The notes: a model not told the origin generated them from the sequence alone. Positions 35,401 through 45,548 are shown, numbered from the stretch's first letter. The stretch: 64,000 bases of DNA from Minisyncoccota bacterium (GCA_018062285.1 JAGOSO010000005.1:2697-66696), one strand, 5' to 3'. Translations and numbers: made by a program.

Positions 35401-35832
35401 TTCACAGTTACTACTGCAGCTGGCCCAGTTTTCGGAGCTACTTCTACGATTAAACTCTTAGAAGATGGTAATGACATCACTTCTGCTGGCGCATTTGCTA
35501 CTGCTAGCTACAACTTCCAATCTGGAACTGGCGGCACTGGTACCATGGCCTTCACATTCACCAACGAAAGATCTGTAGGTGGTCACACTTACGAACTCGT
35601 AGTGAATATCGCTTCTGGTGTTGGTACTGGCGACTCAATCGTTGCTAAGATTGCTAACCCATCAACCACAGCAAGCGCTCCAGATGATGCTACAACCATG
35701 GCAGCCACATCAGCTTCCTTGGTCTGGACTGACTCTTCATCTGTCAGCCACTCTACTAGTACGGATGACTGGTTCAACGACTACTTAGTTAAGACACTTA
35801 ACTCATCACAGTCATTGAACGCCCAGTTCTAA
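32440..35832 (+). CDS. large secreted surface protein (candidate S-layer protein/adhesin), 1130 aa
   Basis: Signal peptide (TLLTLSGAAYLAPLAAQAAVP). About 40% Ser/Thr/Ala/Gly. Repeated roughly 100-aa beta-rich modules. No Cys. It is followed by a strong terminator. Confidence 0.55.
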   Translation: MSNNLIGARSVFTKTVSALTSVATLLTLSGAAYLAPLAAQAAVPSDYGLTEGNMISASGSSDPDVYIVNAYGYKRLFLNPAIFAMYAHLGGFANVKSVSAAARDAFPTTQLFRNCESNDQAVYAVEVSGEDTATLHHVVMTGDAAVAQDANFFKKVFCVNNREATWYTMGSDYTSLSQIPPYVRTPGATPTPTGAVSASLASDNPASGTLVKSQAAADLAHFMFTGSGTVTSISLQRLGVSADTDLTNVYLYDGIKRLTDAATVTNGMISFNDSSSTGLFAVNGSRNISVRADLSSSTGQTVGVALKSVNGSSVNISGNLFNVANADLATVSLSTSVTPSTNAALDPASDVVIWQDTATVGTRFVSMKALQLRVIGSVYTTDLQNYRLYVDGLMVGSAVSQSDANGYVVFDLSNAPVKLETGGRVLKVMADVLNGSSRNFTASLRQAPDFFTVDSQYLQPVKATGTFPVSAGQQTISSGTLTITKLNTSASGDVVKGASGVALAKFELKANGERMKIETLRASFTSSNGGTTTASNVGQLRNGALFLDGVQVGSTQSLNEDSWTTTYTEFSLGSSAIVNPGQPRILEIRSDIYDADGTDNTTANDTIIANIVAQTSNVQRLTSLGYTDVTAKTGNTLTVRTGSLSGAKYTGFANQSVTSPATGVKVGHFTLTQSSSEDVNMNTINIDGDSVTGTFLISDLTDAYIKVWNDAGSVIYTSPAKATLSATASNSYSVNFTLPKTKTYQVEVWANVPSGETATHALSLDMDAAGITTGSSTSVTSSAVVGQTITVQTGALTVSNGSIATAALRAGGSTVDNAYQFTITPAYDDFTLDEVYVDLSSTLASSTGAVATLRLFEGATEVGSATVNGSTGSASFTGLNRTLTQAAGVKTYTVKVSLASVGNGANDTYGTVIVRLDGLKYRTSAGAITTTNGLSASTYTGNDNRVVASYPVFSNVNLDSTLLAAGDKTIFRTAITAANTVKFKKMAFTVTTAAGPVFGATSTIKLLEDGNDITSAGAFATASYNFQSGTGGTGTMAFTFTNERSVGGHTYELVVNIASGVGTGDSIVAKIANPSTTASAPDDATTMAATSASLVWTDSSSVSHSTSTDDWFNDYLVKTLNSSQSLNAQF

Positions 35833-35863
35833 CGTCTAGTTAGTTCTTAGGATCTAACGTTCC

Positions 35864-35899
35864 TAACCAAAAACCGCCTTCGGGCGGTTTTTGGTTAGG
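35864..35899 (+). terminator. strong rho-independent terminator (36-bp perfect palindrome)
   Basis: CTAACCAAAAACCGCC-TTCG-GGCGGTTTTTGGTTAG. Confidence 0.8.
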
Positions 35900-35938
35900 G
35901 TAATTGCGGGTTGTTTTTGCAGCTGTTAGAATAGATAG

Positions 35939-37639
35939 GTGATTAAATTTGGAGAATTTTTTAAGAAAAATATTGGATCCGTGGTGGCCCTTTTGGGTCT
36001 TGGTTTATTTTTGTATGCATTTAATTTGCACAATATTCTTTTTTGGGATGATGTGGATTGGATAGTTAGCAACCCATCCTTGCATGCCCTGACATGGGAG
36101 AATGTAAAATTCATCTTTACTCACGATGTCCTGGCTGGTATTGGCCAAGTTTCTAATTATTATCGTCCTTTTTTGTTTGTTACTTTTCTTTTTAATTATA
36201 TATTCTCTGGTACTGATCCAGTTTCATATCATCTTGTTTCTAACGGTATCCATGTTGTTAGCGCTTTGTTAATTTTTTACTTATTGTCACAGTGGCTTCA
36301 ATCAAGAAGAGCGGCCTTTATTGCAGGGTTGTTGTTTCTGATTCATCCATTACAGACTGAGGCTGTTGCTTATATTTCTGGCCGAGGCGACCCATTGTCG
36401 GTAATGTTTATGTTGGCTGCTATGGTGCTTTATTTTAACAGAAAGACTTGGTGGGCGTTGATCGTGGCCGTATTGGCCGTATTATCAAGAGAGACAGCAG
36501 TACTATTCCCGGTTTATCTTGGTGTCGCCTTAATTGCTTTTGAGTATAAGGGTTTGTTTATGGATAGATTTAAAAAATCATTTATAGATATATTGCCATT
36601 TGCCGGAGTCTCGGTTGTCTATGGTATCTTGCGTCTTACGACTTTGAATTTTCAGAATACGCTTAATTTTTATAATAATCAGCAGAATATTTATAGTGAG
36701 AATTTGGCTTATCGGCTCTATACTTTTTTTCATGTTATTTTGGTCTACCTCCGCATGATTATTTGGCCAACAGGGCTGCACATGGACCGGGATATTCCTG
36801 TGAGTCTGAGTATTTTTAACGGCTGGTCTTGGTTGGGTTTGTTGTTGATTTTGGCAGCCTTGGTTTTGCTTATTGTCTTATACAGAAAAGAAAAATCAAA
36901 ATCTAAAAATACCAAATTATCCCAGCGGCATAAATCAGCGAATGTCTTAGGTGCCCCACTCGTATCTTCTTTTGGTGTTTGGTTTTTTGGATTGGGAATA
37001 TTTTTTATTAGTCTTTTGCCGACCTCTGGTATTGCACCCATTAACGCGAGGATATATGAGCATTGGCTTTATTTTGCTTTGTTTGGTTTTTTCAGTGTCC
37101 TCGCTTGGTACCTTAATAATTTGTGGTCTTGGATCGAGAAAGAAAAAGTTTCGTGGCGACCGATACTGGTTTTAGTCGTTGTGGTTTACTGTTTCTTTTT
37201 TGGGGTGCAAACGATTAGAAGGAATTTGATTTGGGGAGACACGGAATCTTTTTATAAAAATATTTTGTATTATGAGCCTAAGGACGTTAGGGTTCTTAAT
37301 AATCTAGGTAATTTGTATTCAGATAGGGGTGATATTGTTTCTGCTTTGCCGTTTTATCAAAGGGCCGTAGAGGTGGATCCTGCTCAACCAGCACCATATT
37401 ACAACCTCGGCAACATAGCCAGAGATCAGAACCGATTAGAAGACGCTGTGCTTTTGTATAAAGAGGCAATCAATAAAGATAAAAATTTCCACTATGCCTA
37501 CGGCAATATTGCTCAAATTTATCTTAAGCAGAAAAGATTAAGCGAAGCCTTGGATTATTTAGTTAAATTGCAAGCTATATATCCATCTGATTCAAACCAA
37601 AAAAATATCGAGATTCTGCAGGGTATGATAGTTAAATAA
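35939..37639 (+). CDS. TPR-repeat membrane protein, TMTC/PMT-like GT-C glycosyltransferase family
   Basis: About 11 N-terminal TM helices (DUF1736-like) plus C-terminal TPR repeats (LNNLGNLYSDRGD...YYNLGNIARDQNRLEDA...). 566 aa. Confidence 0.6.
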   Translation: MIKFGEFFKKNIGSVVALLGLGLFLYAFNLHNILFWDDVDWIVSNPSLHALTWENVKFIFTHDVLAGIGQVSNYYRPFLFVTFLFNYIFSGTDPVSYHLVSNGIHVVSALLIFYLLSQWLQSRRAAFIAGLLFLIHPLQTEAVAYISGRGDPLSVMFMLAAMVLYFNRKTWWALIVAVLAVLSRETAVLFPVYLGVALIAFEYKGLFMDRFKKSFIDILPFAGVSVVYGILRLTTLNFQNTLNFYNNQQNIYSENLAYRLYTFFHVILVYLRMIIWPTGLHMDRDIPVSLSIFNGWSWLGLLLILAALVLLIVLYRKEKSKSKNTKLSQRHKSANVLGAPLVSSFGVWFFGLGIFFISLLPTSGIAPINARIYEHWLYFALFGFFSVLAWYLNNLWSWIEKEKVSWRPILVLVVVVYCFFFGVQTIRRNLIWGDTESFYKNILYYEPKDVRVLNNLGNLYSDRGDIVSALPFYQRAVEVDPAQPAPYYNLGNIARDQNRLEDAVLLYKEAINKDKNFHYAYGNIAQIYLKQKRLSEALDYLVKLQAIYPSDSNQKNIEILQGMIVK

Positions 37640-37646
37640 GCACCAG

Positions 37647-39164
37647 CTATTGGTTGGGTGTTTTTTTGTACTTATTGATGATTGGGGAATTTTCTTTACT
37701 ATTGCGGATAAAAATAGCCACAGAATCATCTTGGTATATAAGTGGCCAGTTTTTGTCTTGAGAGATAAAAGACAGGAACGTTTGGGCCCAAGGTGTAATA
37801 TCGTGGTAGTCAAAGAAGATATAGTTTATGCGGTAGATATCGTTGGCATAATAATTCCAAATATCTGGATTCTCTTGCATTGGTTTGTAGATGTCAGAGA
37901 AAAATTTTGGGGTGTAAGCTTCTGGCCGTCCATCAACAAATACTTTTTGATCTGGGTAGAGTTTCCAAATTAAATAACTGCCAACATCAAAATTATTAAA
38001 TACTGGCCCAAAGATTTTATTTTTTTTAACAAAATTAACACCACCTTCAGCACTGGTGGAAATGCTTAAACCAAAATTTTCTCTTGAATCGGCCCAGCGG
38101 TAAAAATTACTATGGACTACTGAATTGATAACGAGTATGCAGATAAGAATAAGTAGGGCGTAAAAAAAGTTTAAAATTTTTGGCTTACTAAAAACGGGCG
38201 ATAGCCATGCCTGAATATTTAAAGCCAGAATGGGAATCAATATTATTGCGTATGGTCCAAAGTTTCTAATCATATCAAAACCTAGGACTGAGAAGGCGAG
38301 ACCGGTTCCAATTTCAAATATATACCCCCTAGTACCAATTTTTTTGATAGTCGGTATGTAGCTTAGCCAGAACAATACTAGGGTTAAAATGAATATATTT
38401 ATTTGGGTCAGGAGTATCCCGTAATTTTTTAGGAATAAAACGGATTGGTTTTCTGCAATACTGTAGCCGTAATTATTAAAAATAGTTAGAGGGGCCAGGG
38501 CACCAAAAATTCCATTGGGATTGATTAATGTGGCAACCAGGGATAGTCCCGTTATCTTTGCAACAAAAGACCAATCTGATTCCTTGTTGGCCCACCTTTC
38601 CAGTGCATACAGACCAATTAGGGCTGGCCCAAGAATGAAGTAGATATGCATGTTGGTCCAAAATATTTGGGCTACGGGCAGAGCATAAAGCCATTTTGAT
38701 GTTTGGGAATATTTGGATTTTAAAATAGCAAATAAAAAATAGGCCAAAAATAGATAGCTAAATATTTCTGGTCGAACATCAGTCCTGTCGAGGATAACCA
38801 GTAATCCCAAAAGGGTGGCAACAGTAAAAGGTAGCGCTTCAACCTTATTAGACACTCCTCGCCAGAGAAGCCAAAGAGCTAAAAGAAGGACTCCGACCTT
38901 GAATAGTATCAGGCCCTTAAGTCCTATATAAATATTAAGTAAATAAAAAACAACCTCGCTTAACCAGTGGTGATTAATGAAGTGTGTTTCTGGCTCGGTA
39001 TAAGAGAATAAGTTGGTCTTGGGGATGCTGTGTGTGTCCCAGATTATTTGGCCGGTTTTAAGATGCCGGCCAATGTCTTGGTTGATCGAGCTCAGGCTGT
39101 GAGTAAAGATTGCCCCCGCGGCAATAAAAATAGCGACAAGAAGCGTAATTTTTAGAAACTTCAT
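37647..39164 (-). CDS. polytopic membrane protein, putative GT-C-type glycosyltransferase (hypothetical)
   Basis: 505 aa. More than 10 TM helices plus a C-terminal soluble domain. No specific motif. Confidence 0.4.
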   Translation of the reverse strand: MKFLKITLLVAIFIAAGAIFTHSLSSINQDIGRHLKTGQIIWDTHSIPKTNLFSYTEPETHFINHHWLSEVVFYLLNIYIGLKGLILFKVGVLLLALWLLWRGVSNKVEALPFTVATLLGLLVILDRTDVRPEIFSYLFLAYFLFAILKSKYSQTSKWLYALPVAQIFWTNMHIYFILGPALIGLYALERWANKESDWSFVAKITGLSLVATLINPNGIFGALAPLTIFNNYGYSIAENQSVLFLKNYGILLTQINIFILTLVLFWLSYIPTIKKIGTRGYIFEIGTGLAFSVLGFDMIRNFGPYAIILIPILALNIQAWLSPVFSKPKILNFFYALLILICILVINSVVHSNFYRWADSRENFGLSISTSAEGGVNFVKKNKIFGPVFNNFDVGSYLIWKLYPDQKVFVDGRPEAYTPKFFSDIYKPMQENPDIWNYYANDIYRINYIFFDYHDITPWAQTFLSFISQDKNWPLIYQDDSVAIFIRNSKENSPIINKYKKTPNQ

Positions 39165-39167
39165 TTG

Positions 39168-40331
39168 CTAGATTAGCTTTTCTATTTGTCGAATCGTCGA
39201 GTCGATATTAAAAGCAAACAAGAGTCTTTGGTGGGCTTGGATTCCCATTTCTTTGGCTCGGGACTCATTGTTTAATAAGGTCATAACTTTTCCAGCTATT
39301 TGGTCAGGGTTTCTTGGTTCAATAATAAAACCGTTTGTTCCATCTTGGATTATCTCTGGTACGGCGCCGACTCTTGTGGCAATGATGGGTAATTTTGCTG
39401 CCATTGCCTCCAAAACGGCCCAAGGGAAGCCTTCTTTAACCGAGGGCAAGAGAAATAGGTCAAAGGCGTTTAAGAAGCTTGCAGCGGGCTCTCTGCGGCT
39501 AGCAAGGAAGACTTTGTCTTTGAGATTCTTTTCGCCTATAAGTTTTTCAAACTTGGCTTTGTTGGTTCCGTTTCCGATGATGCACCAAAGGATGTTTTCT
39601 TGTTTCAGTTGGGCTGCAGCATCAATCAGATATTCTAGGCCTTTCGCTGGGTAGAAGTTGGCGATAGTGCCAATTATTTTTGGTTCTAATGATAAGCCAA
39701 GCTTGACGCGGGCACCGTCTCGAGACAAAAAATCTATTTTGTATGGATCAAGGCCATTGTGAATTAGAACAACATCTTGAGTGGGCTTGATGCCCATTTC
39801 TTTGGCCTGGTTAAGGTCGTGGTTATTATTAACAATAATAATGTCTTTCCAGCGGGCACTTAGTTTTTCTAGAAAACGCCACAAACTTTTTTGCCAGTTT
39901 GGTCGAGGGTCATTAAAACTCCAGCCACCAATGCGGTATATTACTTTTGGTCTTGGATTGCATGATTGAGCTGCAAGAGACCCGATGAAACCAGCCTTTG
40001 AGCTACTCAAGAAAAGCGTGTCTGGCTCTATTTTTTGGATTAGTTTTTTGATTTGACGGATCGATAGAAGATCCGAAAATGGGCTGATGTTTCTTTTTAA
40101 AGACGGTAGAGTGCAAACATTGATATTCATGCTTGCCAAAGTGTCCGCCAATGATCTGTCCCCGTTGGCCCCAACGGCTACAGTAAAATCATATGACTCT
40201 TTTTTTGCCTGACTTATAAACTGGAGAATAAACTGCTGAGCACCACCAAGTTCAGATTGAGTAATAATAAAGAGGACCTTCTTTTTGGGGCCGGAATTCA
40301 CTGCACCAAAAGCATTGATGTGAGAGTCCAT
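39168..40331 (-). CDS. glycosyltransferase family 4 (GT-B)
   Basis: E-x7-E motif EGFPWAVLEAMAAKLPIIATRVGAVPE. Confidence 0.8.
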   Translation of the reverse strand: MDSHINAFGAVNSGPKKKVLFIITQSELGGAQQFILQFISQAKKESYDFTVAVGANGDRSLADTLASMNINVCTLPSLKRNISPFSDLLSIRQIKKLIQKIEPDTLFLSSSKAGFIGSLAAQSCNPRPKVIYRIGGWSFNDPRPNWQKSLWRFLEKLSARWKDIIIVNNNHDLNQAKEMGIKPTQDVVLIHNGLDPYKIDFLSRDGARVKLGLSLEPKIIGTIANFYPAKGLEYLIDAAAQLKQENILWCIIGNGTNKAKFEKLIGEKNLKDKVFLASRREPAASFLNAFDLFLLPSVKEGFPWAVLEAMAAKLPIIATRVGAVPEIIQDGTNGFIIEPRNPDQIAGKVMTLLNNESRAKEMGIQAHQRLLFAFNIDSTIRQIEKLI

Positions 40332-40353
40332 TTATGGTAAAATATTAGCATAT

Positions 40354-41568
40354 ATGCAGGAGAAATCAACAGAAAACCAAGGCCGATTAAAGCACGGCCA
40401 GGAGACTATTTCGAGCAGAAAAATTTTAATCCTTGCAACATCTTATTTGCCCTTAATCGGTGGAGCTGAGTTGTCTATAAAATATCTAACCGAACATCTT
40501 CCTGAATTCTCTTTTGACCTCATAACGGCCAGAACAAATCCAAATCTTTCCGCAACAGAAAAGATAGGGAATGTTAGTGTGTTTAGGGTCGGTAACTCTT
40601 ATTCACTCTTTGATTTATTTCTTCCTAAGAATTTTCTACCACTAGCTATTTTTTTTAAAGCCAGAAAGATGCTCTCTTTGGATAGATACGATATGGTCTA
40701 TGTCCTGCAGGCTTCACAGGCTGCGGGGGCCGGCTGGCTGCTCAAGATTTCTGGCTCATTAAATCAGCCCCTTGTTGTGAATCTTCAAGAAGGTAAGGAT
40801 TTTTCTAAGCAATCTTTTTTTGTCCGTTTGTTTCGAAAATTTATTTTTAGTTCGGCTGATTATTTTACAGTCATCAGCAGCTACCTAAGGGACTTCCTTG
40901 TTTCCCAAGGCGTTAGTAAGGATAAAATATTTTATCTTCCGAATGGAGTCGATTTTTCCATAAGCCCTGCGGATAATAATTTAAGGAATACTCTTAGTTT
41001 GGGGGATGAAAAAGTAATTATTACAGTGTCTCGATTGGTTGAGAAAAATGGTCTCTCGGATTTAATTAGGGCCATGCTTTTTGTTAAGAGCAATTTTATG
41101 GGCAAGGTTAAACTTTTAATTGTTGGTGATGCTGAGCCGAAATTGAGCCTAGAGCCAGAACTTAAAAAATTGACCACAGAATTGGGCTTAGACTCTGAGG
41201 TAATTTTTGTTGGGGCCATAGACAACAAAGAAGTCTCTCGCTACCTTGCTCTCGCTGATGTTTTTGTCCGGCCTTCTTTATCAGAGGGTTTAGGGGTATC
41301 GTTTTTAGAGGCCATGGCCGTGGGTGTGCCTGTTGTCGGAACTAAGGTTGGGGGAATACCAGATTTTATTACGGATGGTGAAACAGGGTTGTTCTGTTTG
41401 GTTGGGGACAGTCAAGATATTGGTCGCAAGATAGTCGAAGTTATATCTAACAAAGAACTTAGCGATAAAATGTCCAAGGCCGGACAAGAGATGGTTAGAA
41501 ATAAATATGATTGGAATATAATTGCTGAAAATTTTAGAAATATCCATGAATCAGTTACAAAAAATTAG
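40354..41568 (+). CDS. glycosyltransferase family 4 (GT-B)
   Basis: EGLGVSFLEAMAVGVPVVGTKVGGIPDFI. Confidence 0.8.
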   Translation: MQEKSTENQGRLKHGQETISSRKILILATSYLPLIGGAELSIKYLTEHLPEFSFDLITARTNPNLSATEKIGNVSVFRVGNSYSLFDLFLPKNFLPLAIFFKARKMLSLDRYDMVYVLQASQAAGAGWLLKISGSLNQPLVVNLQEGKDFSKQSFFVRLFRKFIFSSADYFTVISSYLRDFLVSQGVSKDKIFYLPNGVDFSISPADNNLRNTLSLGDEKVIITVSRLVEKNGLSDLIRAMLFVKSNFMGKVKLLIVGDAEPKLSLEPELKKLTTELGLDSEVIFVGAIDNKEVSRYLALADVFVRPSLSEGLGVSFLEAMAVGVPVVGTKVGGIPDFITDGETGLFCLVGDSQDIGRKIVEVISNKELSDKMSKAGQEMVRNKYDWNIIAENFRNIHESVTKN

Positions 41569-42247
41569 CATCGTTATTCCGGTTTACAACGAACAAGATA
41601 CCATAGCCAAAGTTGTTGCTAGCGTGGAGAATTCGAATATTACTTTTGAAAAAGAAATTTTGATTGTTGATGATGGTTCTACTGATGGGACCCCAGAGAT
41701 ACTTAAGAACCTTGCCCCCAAACACAAGGTTATTTTTTTAAAGGATAACTGTGGGAAGGGGGTGGCTGTTAAGGCAGGCATGGCCGCCGCAACAGGCGAC
41801 GTTCTTATTATTCAGGATGCGGACTTAGAGTATGATCCTGTGGATTATCCTGTTTTACTTCAGCCCATCATTGATGGTAGGGCAGATGTTGTTTTTGGAT
41901 CTAGGTTTATTAGTTCTTATCCTCGAAGGGTTCTGCATTTTTCACATTATGTGGCTAATAGGTTTTTGACTTTTGTTTCTAATGTTTGTACTGGGCTTAA
42001 TCTTTCGGATATGGAATGTGGGTTTAAGGTTTTTAATCGCAAGTCCATAGATCTTATCTTGCCCCTTTTGAGATCTGGAAGATTTGGCATAGAGCCAGAA
42101 TTGACGGCCTACTCCGCAAAATGTAAATTGAGAATATACGAGGTGGGTATATCCTACAATGGCAGAACTTATCTAGAAGGTAAAAAAATTACTTGGCACG
42201 ACGGAGTTGCTGCTTTATGGCACATAATTAGGTTTAATTTTTTATAA
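41546..42247 (+). CDS. glycosyltransferase family 2 (Dpm1/polyprenyl-phosphate sugar synthase-like, soluble)
   Basis: ISIVIPVYNEQDTI, IVDDGSTDGT, and IQDADLEYDP (DxD). ATG at 41546. The track start at 41522 is a TTG. Confidence 0.8.
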   Translation: MNQLQKISIVIPVYNEQDTIAKVVASVENSNITFEKEILIVDDGSTDGTPEILKNLAPKHKVIFLKDNCGKGVAVKAGMAAATGDVLIIQDADLEYDPVDYPVLLQPIIDGRADVVFGSRFISSYPRRVLHFSHYVANRFLTFVSNVCTGLNLSDMECGFKVFNRKSIDLILPLLRSGRFGIEPELTAYSAKCKLRIYEVGISYNGRTYLEGKKITWHDGVAALWHIIRFNFL

Positions 42248-43413
42248 TGGATTCCACTCGAAATATAATCATAGCAACCGGCGTTTTCCCGCCAGATATT
42301 GGCGGCCCAGCTTCTTATTCTCAAACTATAGCTTCTCGTTTGGCTAAGACCAACAGGGTTATAGTTATTACTTATTCTTCGGTTTGGAAAAATGAAGAAG
42401 ATAAAAATTGCCCCTATAAGGTCGTCAGGATTTGGGCAAAATGGCCCAAGGGAATTAAGCATTTAATATATGGTCTTAAGGTTTTAATCGAAGCTAGAAA
42501 TTGCGAAGTTGTGTTTGCTCTTAATGCAGTAAGCGCCGGTGTTCCAGCACGTTTTGCTGCCCGTGTTTTTAGAAGAAAATTTGCCGTTAAGATTGTTGGG
42601 GATGCTGCTTGGGAACGGGCGATTGGGAGAGGTAAAACCCCTTTGCTTTTAAATGATTTTCAGAAATCAAAGAAGTCGGGCTGGGTTGGGGTTCTTCACT
42701 CTTTGCAATACTCCGTTTGCAAAGGAGCAAACATTGTAATTGTGCCGTCTGAGTATTTGAGCGAGATTGTTCAGGGCTGGGGAATTCCAAATGATAAAAT
42801 AAAAGTTGTTTACAATGGTTCGGACTTCAGGGCATCTGGCTTATCAAAAGAAGAAGCTAAGGCCAAGGTCGGCGTCACGGGCAATATCTTGTTTACTTGG
42901 GGCAGATTAGTTCCTTGGAAGGGTTTCAGGATGCTGATTAAGATTATGCCCAAGCTGGCCGAAGTTAGTCCTTTCTTTAAGTTGGTCATTGTTGGTTCTG
43001 GTCCCGACAAAGGTATCCTCGAAACCATGGTCAGGAATTTAAGATTAGAAAGAAAAGTTATTCTTGCTGGAAAGAAAAATTTATCTGATATTGCTGTTTA
43101 TTTGGCTGCTTCAGACATTGCCATTTTAAATACTGGTTACGAAGGTTTTTCTCATCAGATTTTAGAGGCGATGATTGCAGGGGTTCCTTTAATTACTACA
43201 AATTCAGGAGGCAACAAAGAAATAATTCATCAGGGGGAAAACGGCATGATGGTTAAATATAACGATGAGTTTAATTTGGTAGAAGTGATTAGGGCTATTT
43301 CAAACAATCCCGAAATGCAAGAACATTTTATAGAAGAAGGTAAAAAAACAGCCTCACATTTTAGCGTAGAAAAAATGTTTGATGAAACTATCGCCCTACT
43401 TTCCAGCCTATGA
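42247..43413 (+). CDS. glycosyltransferase family 4 (GT-B)
   Basis: EGFSHQILEAMIAGVPLITTNSGGNKEII. Confidence 0.8.
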   Translation: MDSTRNIIIATGVFPPDIGGPASYSQTIASRLAKTNRVIVITYSSVWKNEEDKNCPYKVVRIWAKWPKGIKHLIYGLKVLIEARNCEVVFALNAVSAGVPARFAARVFRRKFAVKIVGDAAWERAIGRGKTPLLLNDFQKSKKSGWVGVLHSLQYSVCKGANIVIVPSEYLSEIVQGWGIPNDKIKVVYNGSDFRASGLSKEEAKAKVGVTGNILFTWGRLVPWKGFRMLIKIMPKLAEVSPFFKLVIVGSGPDKGILETMVRNLRLERKVILAGKKNLSDIAVYLAASDIAILNTGYEGFSHQILEAMIAGVPLITTNSGGNKEIIHQGENGMMVKYNDEFNLVEVIRAISNNPEMQEHFIEEGKKTASHFSVEKMFDETIALLSSL

Positions 43414-45548
43414 ACAAAAACTTGTTAATGATTACAGGGATTGGTTCGGGTAAAAATTTAGCCCAGGGTAAACAGGGTGCTTTTTACCACACCCTAGATG
43501 GCTTGCACCATCATTTTGGAAGAATCGATATTATCGTCCCCAAGATTAATGGGCCGGTTGTGACAAATCTTTTTGGGAATGTTCATATCCATGTTTCTAC
43601 TTGGCCGTTATGGTTGCACCCTCTGTTTTTTATCAGTAAGGGTTTTTCTATTTCACGTAAGTATCATTTTGATTTAATGACGGTTCAAGATTTTCCTCCT
43701 TTTTATAATGGAATTGGGGCTTTCATTCTGTATTTTTTAACAGGTATTCCCTATGTCCTTGAGGTTCATCACGTGCCTGGGTATCCCAAATCAGCAACGA
43801 CAAAAGAATATCTCTATCGATTGTATACGCGCTTATTCATTGGCCTTGATGCCGCGAGAGCATTATGGGTTAGGGTTGTAAACCAGAATCAGGTTCCTGG
43901 TTTTTTGAATTGGGCCGGAATCCCTTCTTCGAAAATTAGATACGTGCCCAGCATGTATATTGATCTTGAAAAATTTAAACCATTAGAGACCTCAAAGAAG
44001 TATGATTTTATTACTGTTGCCAGATTAGAAAAAAACAAAGGTATCCCGGGCCTACTAAGGGCGATTGCTTTGATAAAAAAGACCAAACCAGATGTTTCTA
44101 TTTTGATTGTCGGTGCTGGCCCTCTTGAAAAACCCCTTAAGTTTTTGACCGAAAAAATTGGCTTATCTAAAAATGTTTCTTTTTCAGGTTGGGTATCAGA
44201 GGAAGAAAAAATTAAGTTATTGCGAGAATCCAGGGTCTTCGTCAACTCTTCTTTTAACGAAGGAGGCCCTCGTTCAGCGGTTGAGGCGATGGCTTGTGGG
44301 CTACCTATTGTGACAACAAGAGTCGGTCTGATGCTGGATATTGTAGAAGATGGCAAAAACGGTTTTTTCTGTGATTGGAATCCAAATGATATGGCAGATG
44401 TTTTGGTTCGCACTATTCATAATGATCATTTAAATAAAATTGTGGAATCTGCTCGGGCAACAGCTTCTCGGTTTGGTAAGGAGGAGGCTATACGTGATTA
44501 CGCAGATTTTTTGAAAAAATCTAATCACAATAGGTTGTTGGTGATTACTCAAAAAGTAGATAAGCATGATGTTGCTTTGGGATTCTTTATTCCTTGGCTT
44601 CAACGGCTTGGCGACCAGATCAATTGTTCTGTTCTTTGCTTGGAAAAAGGTGAATATTATTTGAAGGGGGTAAGTGTGTCTAGTATGGGCAAGGAGAATG
44701 GTAATTCTAGGATTTCTAGGTTTTTAAATTTCTATTCTTATGTTTTTAGAAATCACAATAATTACGATACCGTCCTTGTCCACATGAATCCTATTTGGGC
44801 GGTATTGGGCGGTTGGTACTGGCGCCTTCGAGGGAAGAAGGTCATTTTGTGGTATACCCACAAATCTGTAACTTGGAAGTTAAGAGTTGCCAGCTTTTTC
44901 GCTACGGTAATTTTGACAGCCTCCAAAGAAAGCTTCCGTCTTCCTTCTTCGAAGCTGATCGTTACGGGGCACGGAATTGATACTGATGTATTTAGGCCAG
45001 AAAATATAGAAAAAAATAAAGAAGAATTAAAAATTATAACTGTTGGTCGCATCGCACCTGTAAAAAATTACGAAGTTTTAATTTCTGCTGCTAAAATTTT
45101 ACACAATGAAGGGGTGCCTTTCCATTTGTCTATTGTTGGTGAGCCAGCACTCGATAAAGACATCGATTATCTAGGTGGCTTAGTGGAATCAGTATCTGTC
45201 AATGATCTAAATTCCCAGGTCTCATTCCTTGGTAAAGTTGACCATTTTAATTTGCCAGGCTTGTATGCTAAACAAGACATGTTCATACATATGTCTAATA
45301 CAGGAAGTCTAGATAAGACAATTTTAGAGGCGATGGCTTGTGGTTTGAAGGTCCTGAGTTCAAATGATGCAGCGAAAGGATTCTTGCCCCACCATCTTGT
45401 CTTCGATGGTAAAAATGCGGTTGATCTAGCCGATAAGATAAAAGATCAATCACGTTCTGATTTGGACAGTGGCTTGAGGGATTATGTAATAAAAAATCAT
45501 AATTTAGACGGATTGATTAAAAAGATTGTTTCCGTCGCTAATTCATAA
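43410..45548 (+). CDS. fused two-domain glycosyltransferase (two GT4-like GT-B modules)
   Basis: 712 aa. Two separate E-x7-E regions (EGGPRSAVEAMACGLPIVTTRVG and GSLDKTILEAMACGLKVLSSND). Confidence 0.7.
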   Translation: MNKNLLMITGIGSGKNLAQGKQGAFYHTLDGLHHHFGRIDIIVPKINGPVVTNLFGNVHIHVSTWPLWLHPLFFISKGFSISRKYHFDLMTVQDFPPFYNGIGAFILYFLTGIPYVLEVHHVPGYPKSATTKEYLYRLYTRLFIGLDAARALWVRVVNQNQVPGFLNWAGIPSSKIRYVPSMYIDLEKFKPLETSKKYDFITVARLEKNKGIPGLLRAIALIKKTKPDVSILIVGAGPLEKPLKFLTEKIGLSKNVSFSGWVSEEEKIKLLRESRVFVNSSFNEGGPRSAVEAMACGLPIVTTRVGLMLDIVEDGKNGFFCDWNPNDMADVLVRTIHNDHLNKIVESARATASRFGKEEAIRDYADFLKKSNHNRLLVITQKVDKHDVALGFFIPWLQRLGDQINCSVLCLEKGEYYLKGVSVSSMGKENGNSRISRFLNFYSYVFRNHNNYDTVLVHMNPIWAVLGGWYWRLRGKKVILWYTHKSVTWKLRVASFFATVILTASKESFRLPSSKLIVTGHGIDTDVFRPENIEKNKEELKIITVGRIAPVKNYEVLISAAKILHNEGVPFHLSIVGEPALDKDIDYLGGLVESVSVNDLNSQVSFLGKVDHFNLPGLYAKQDMFIHMSNTGSLDKTILEAMACGLKVLSSNDAAKGFLPHHLVFDGKNAVDLADKIKDQSRSDLDSGLRDYVIKNHNLDGLIKKIVSVANS

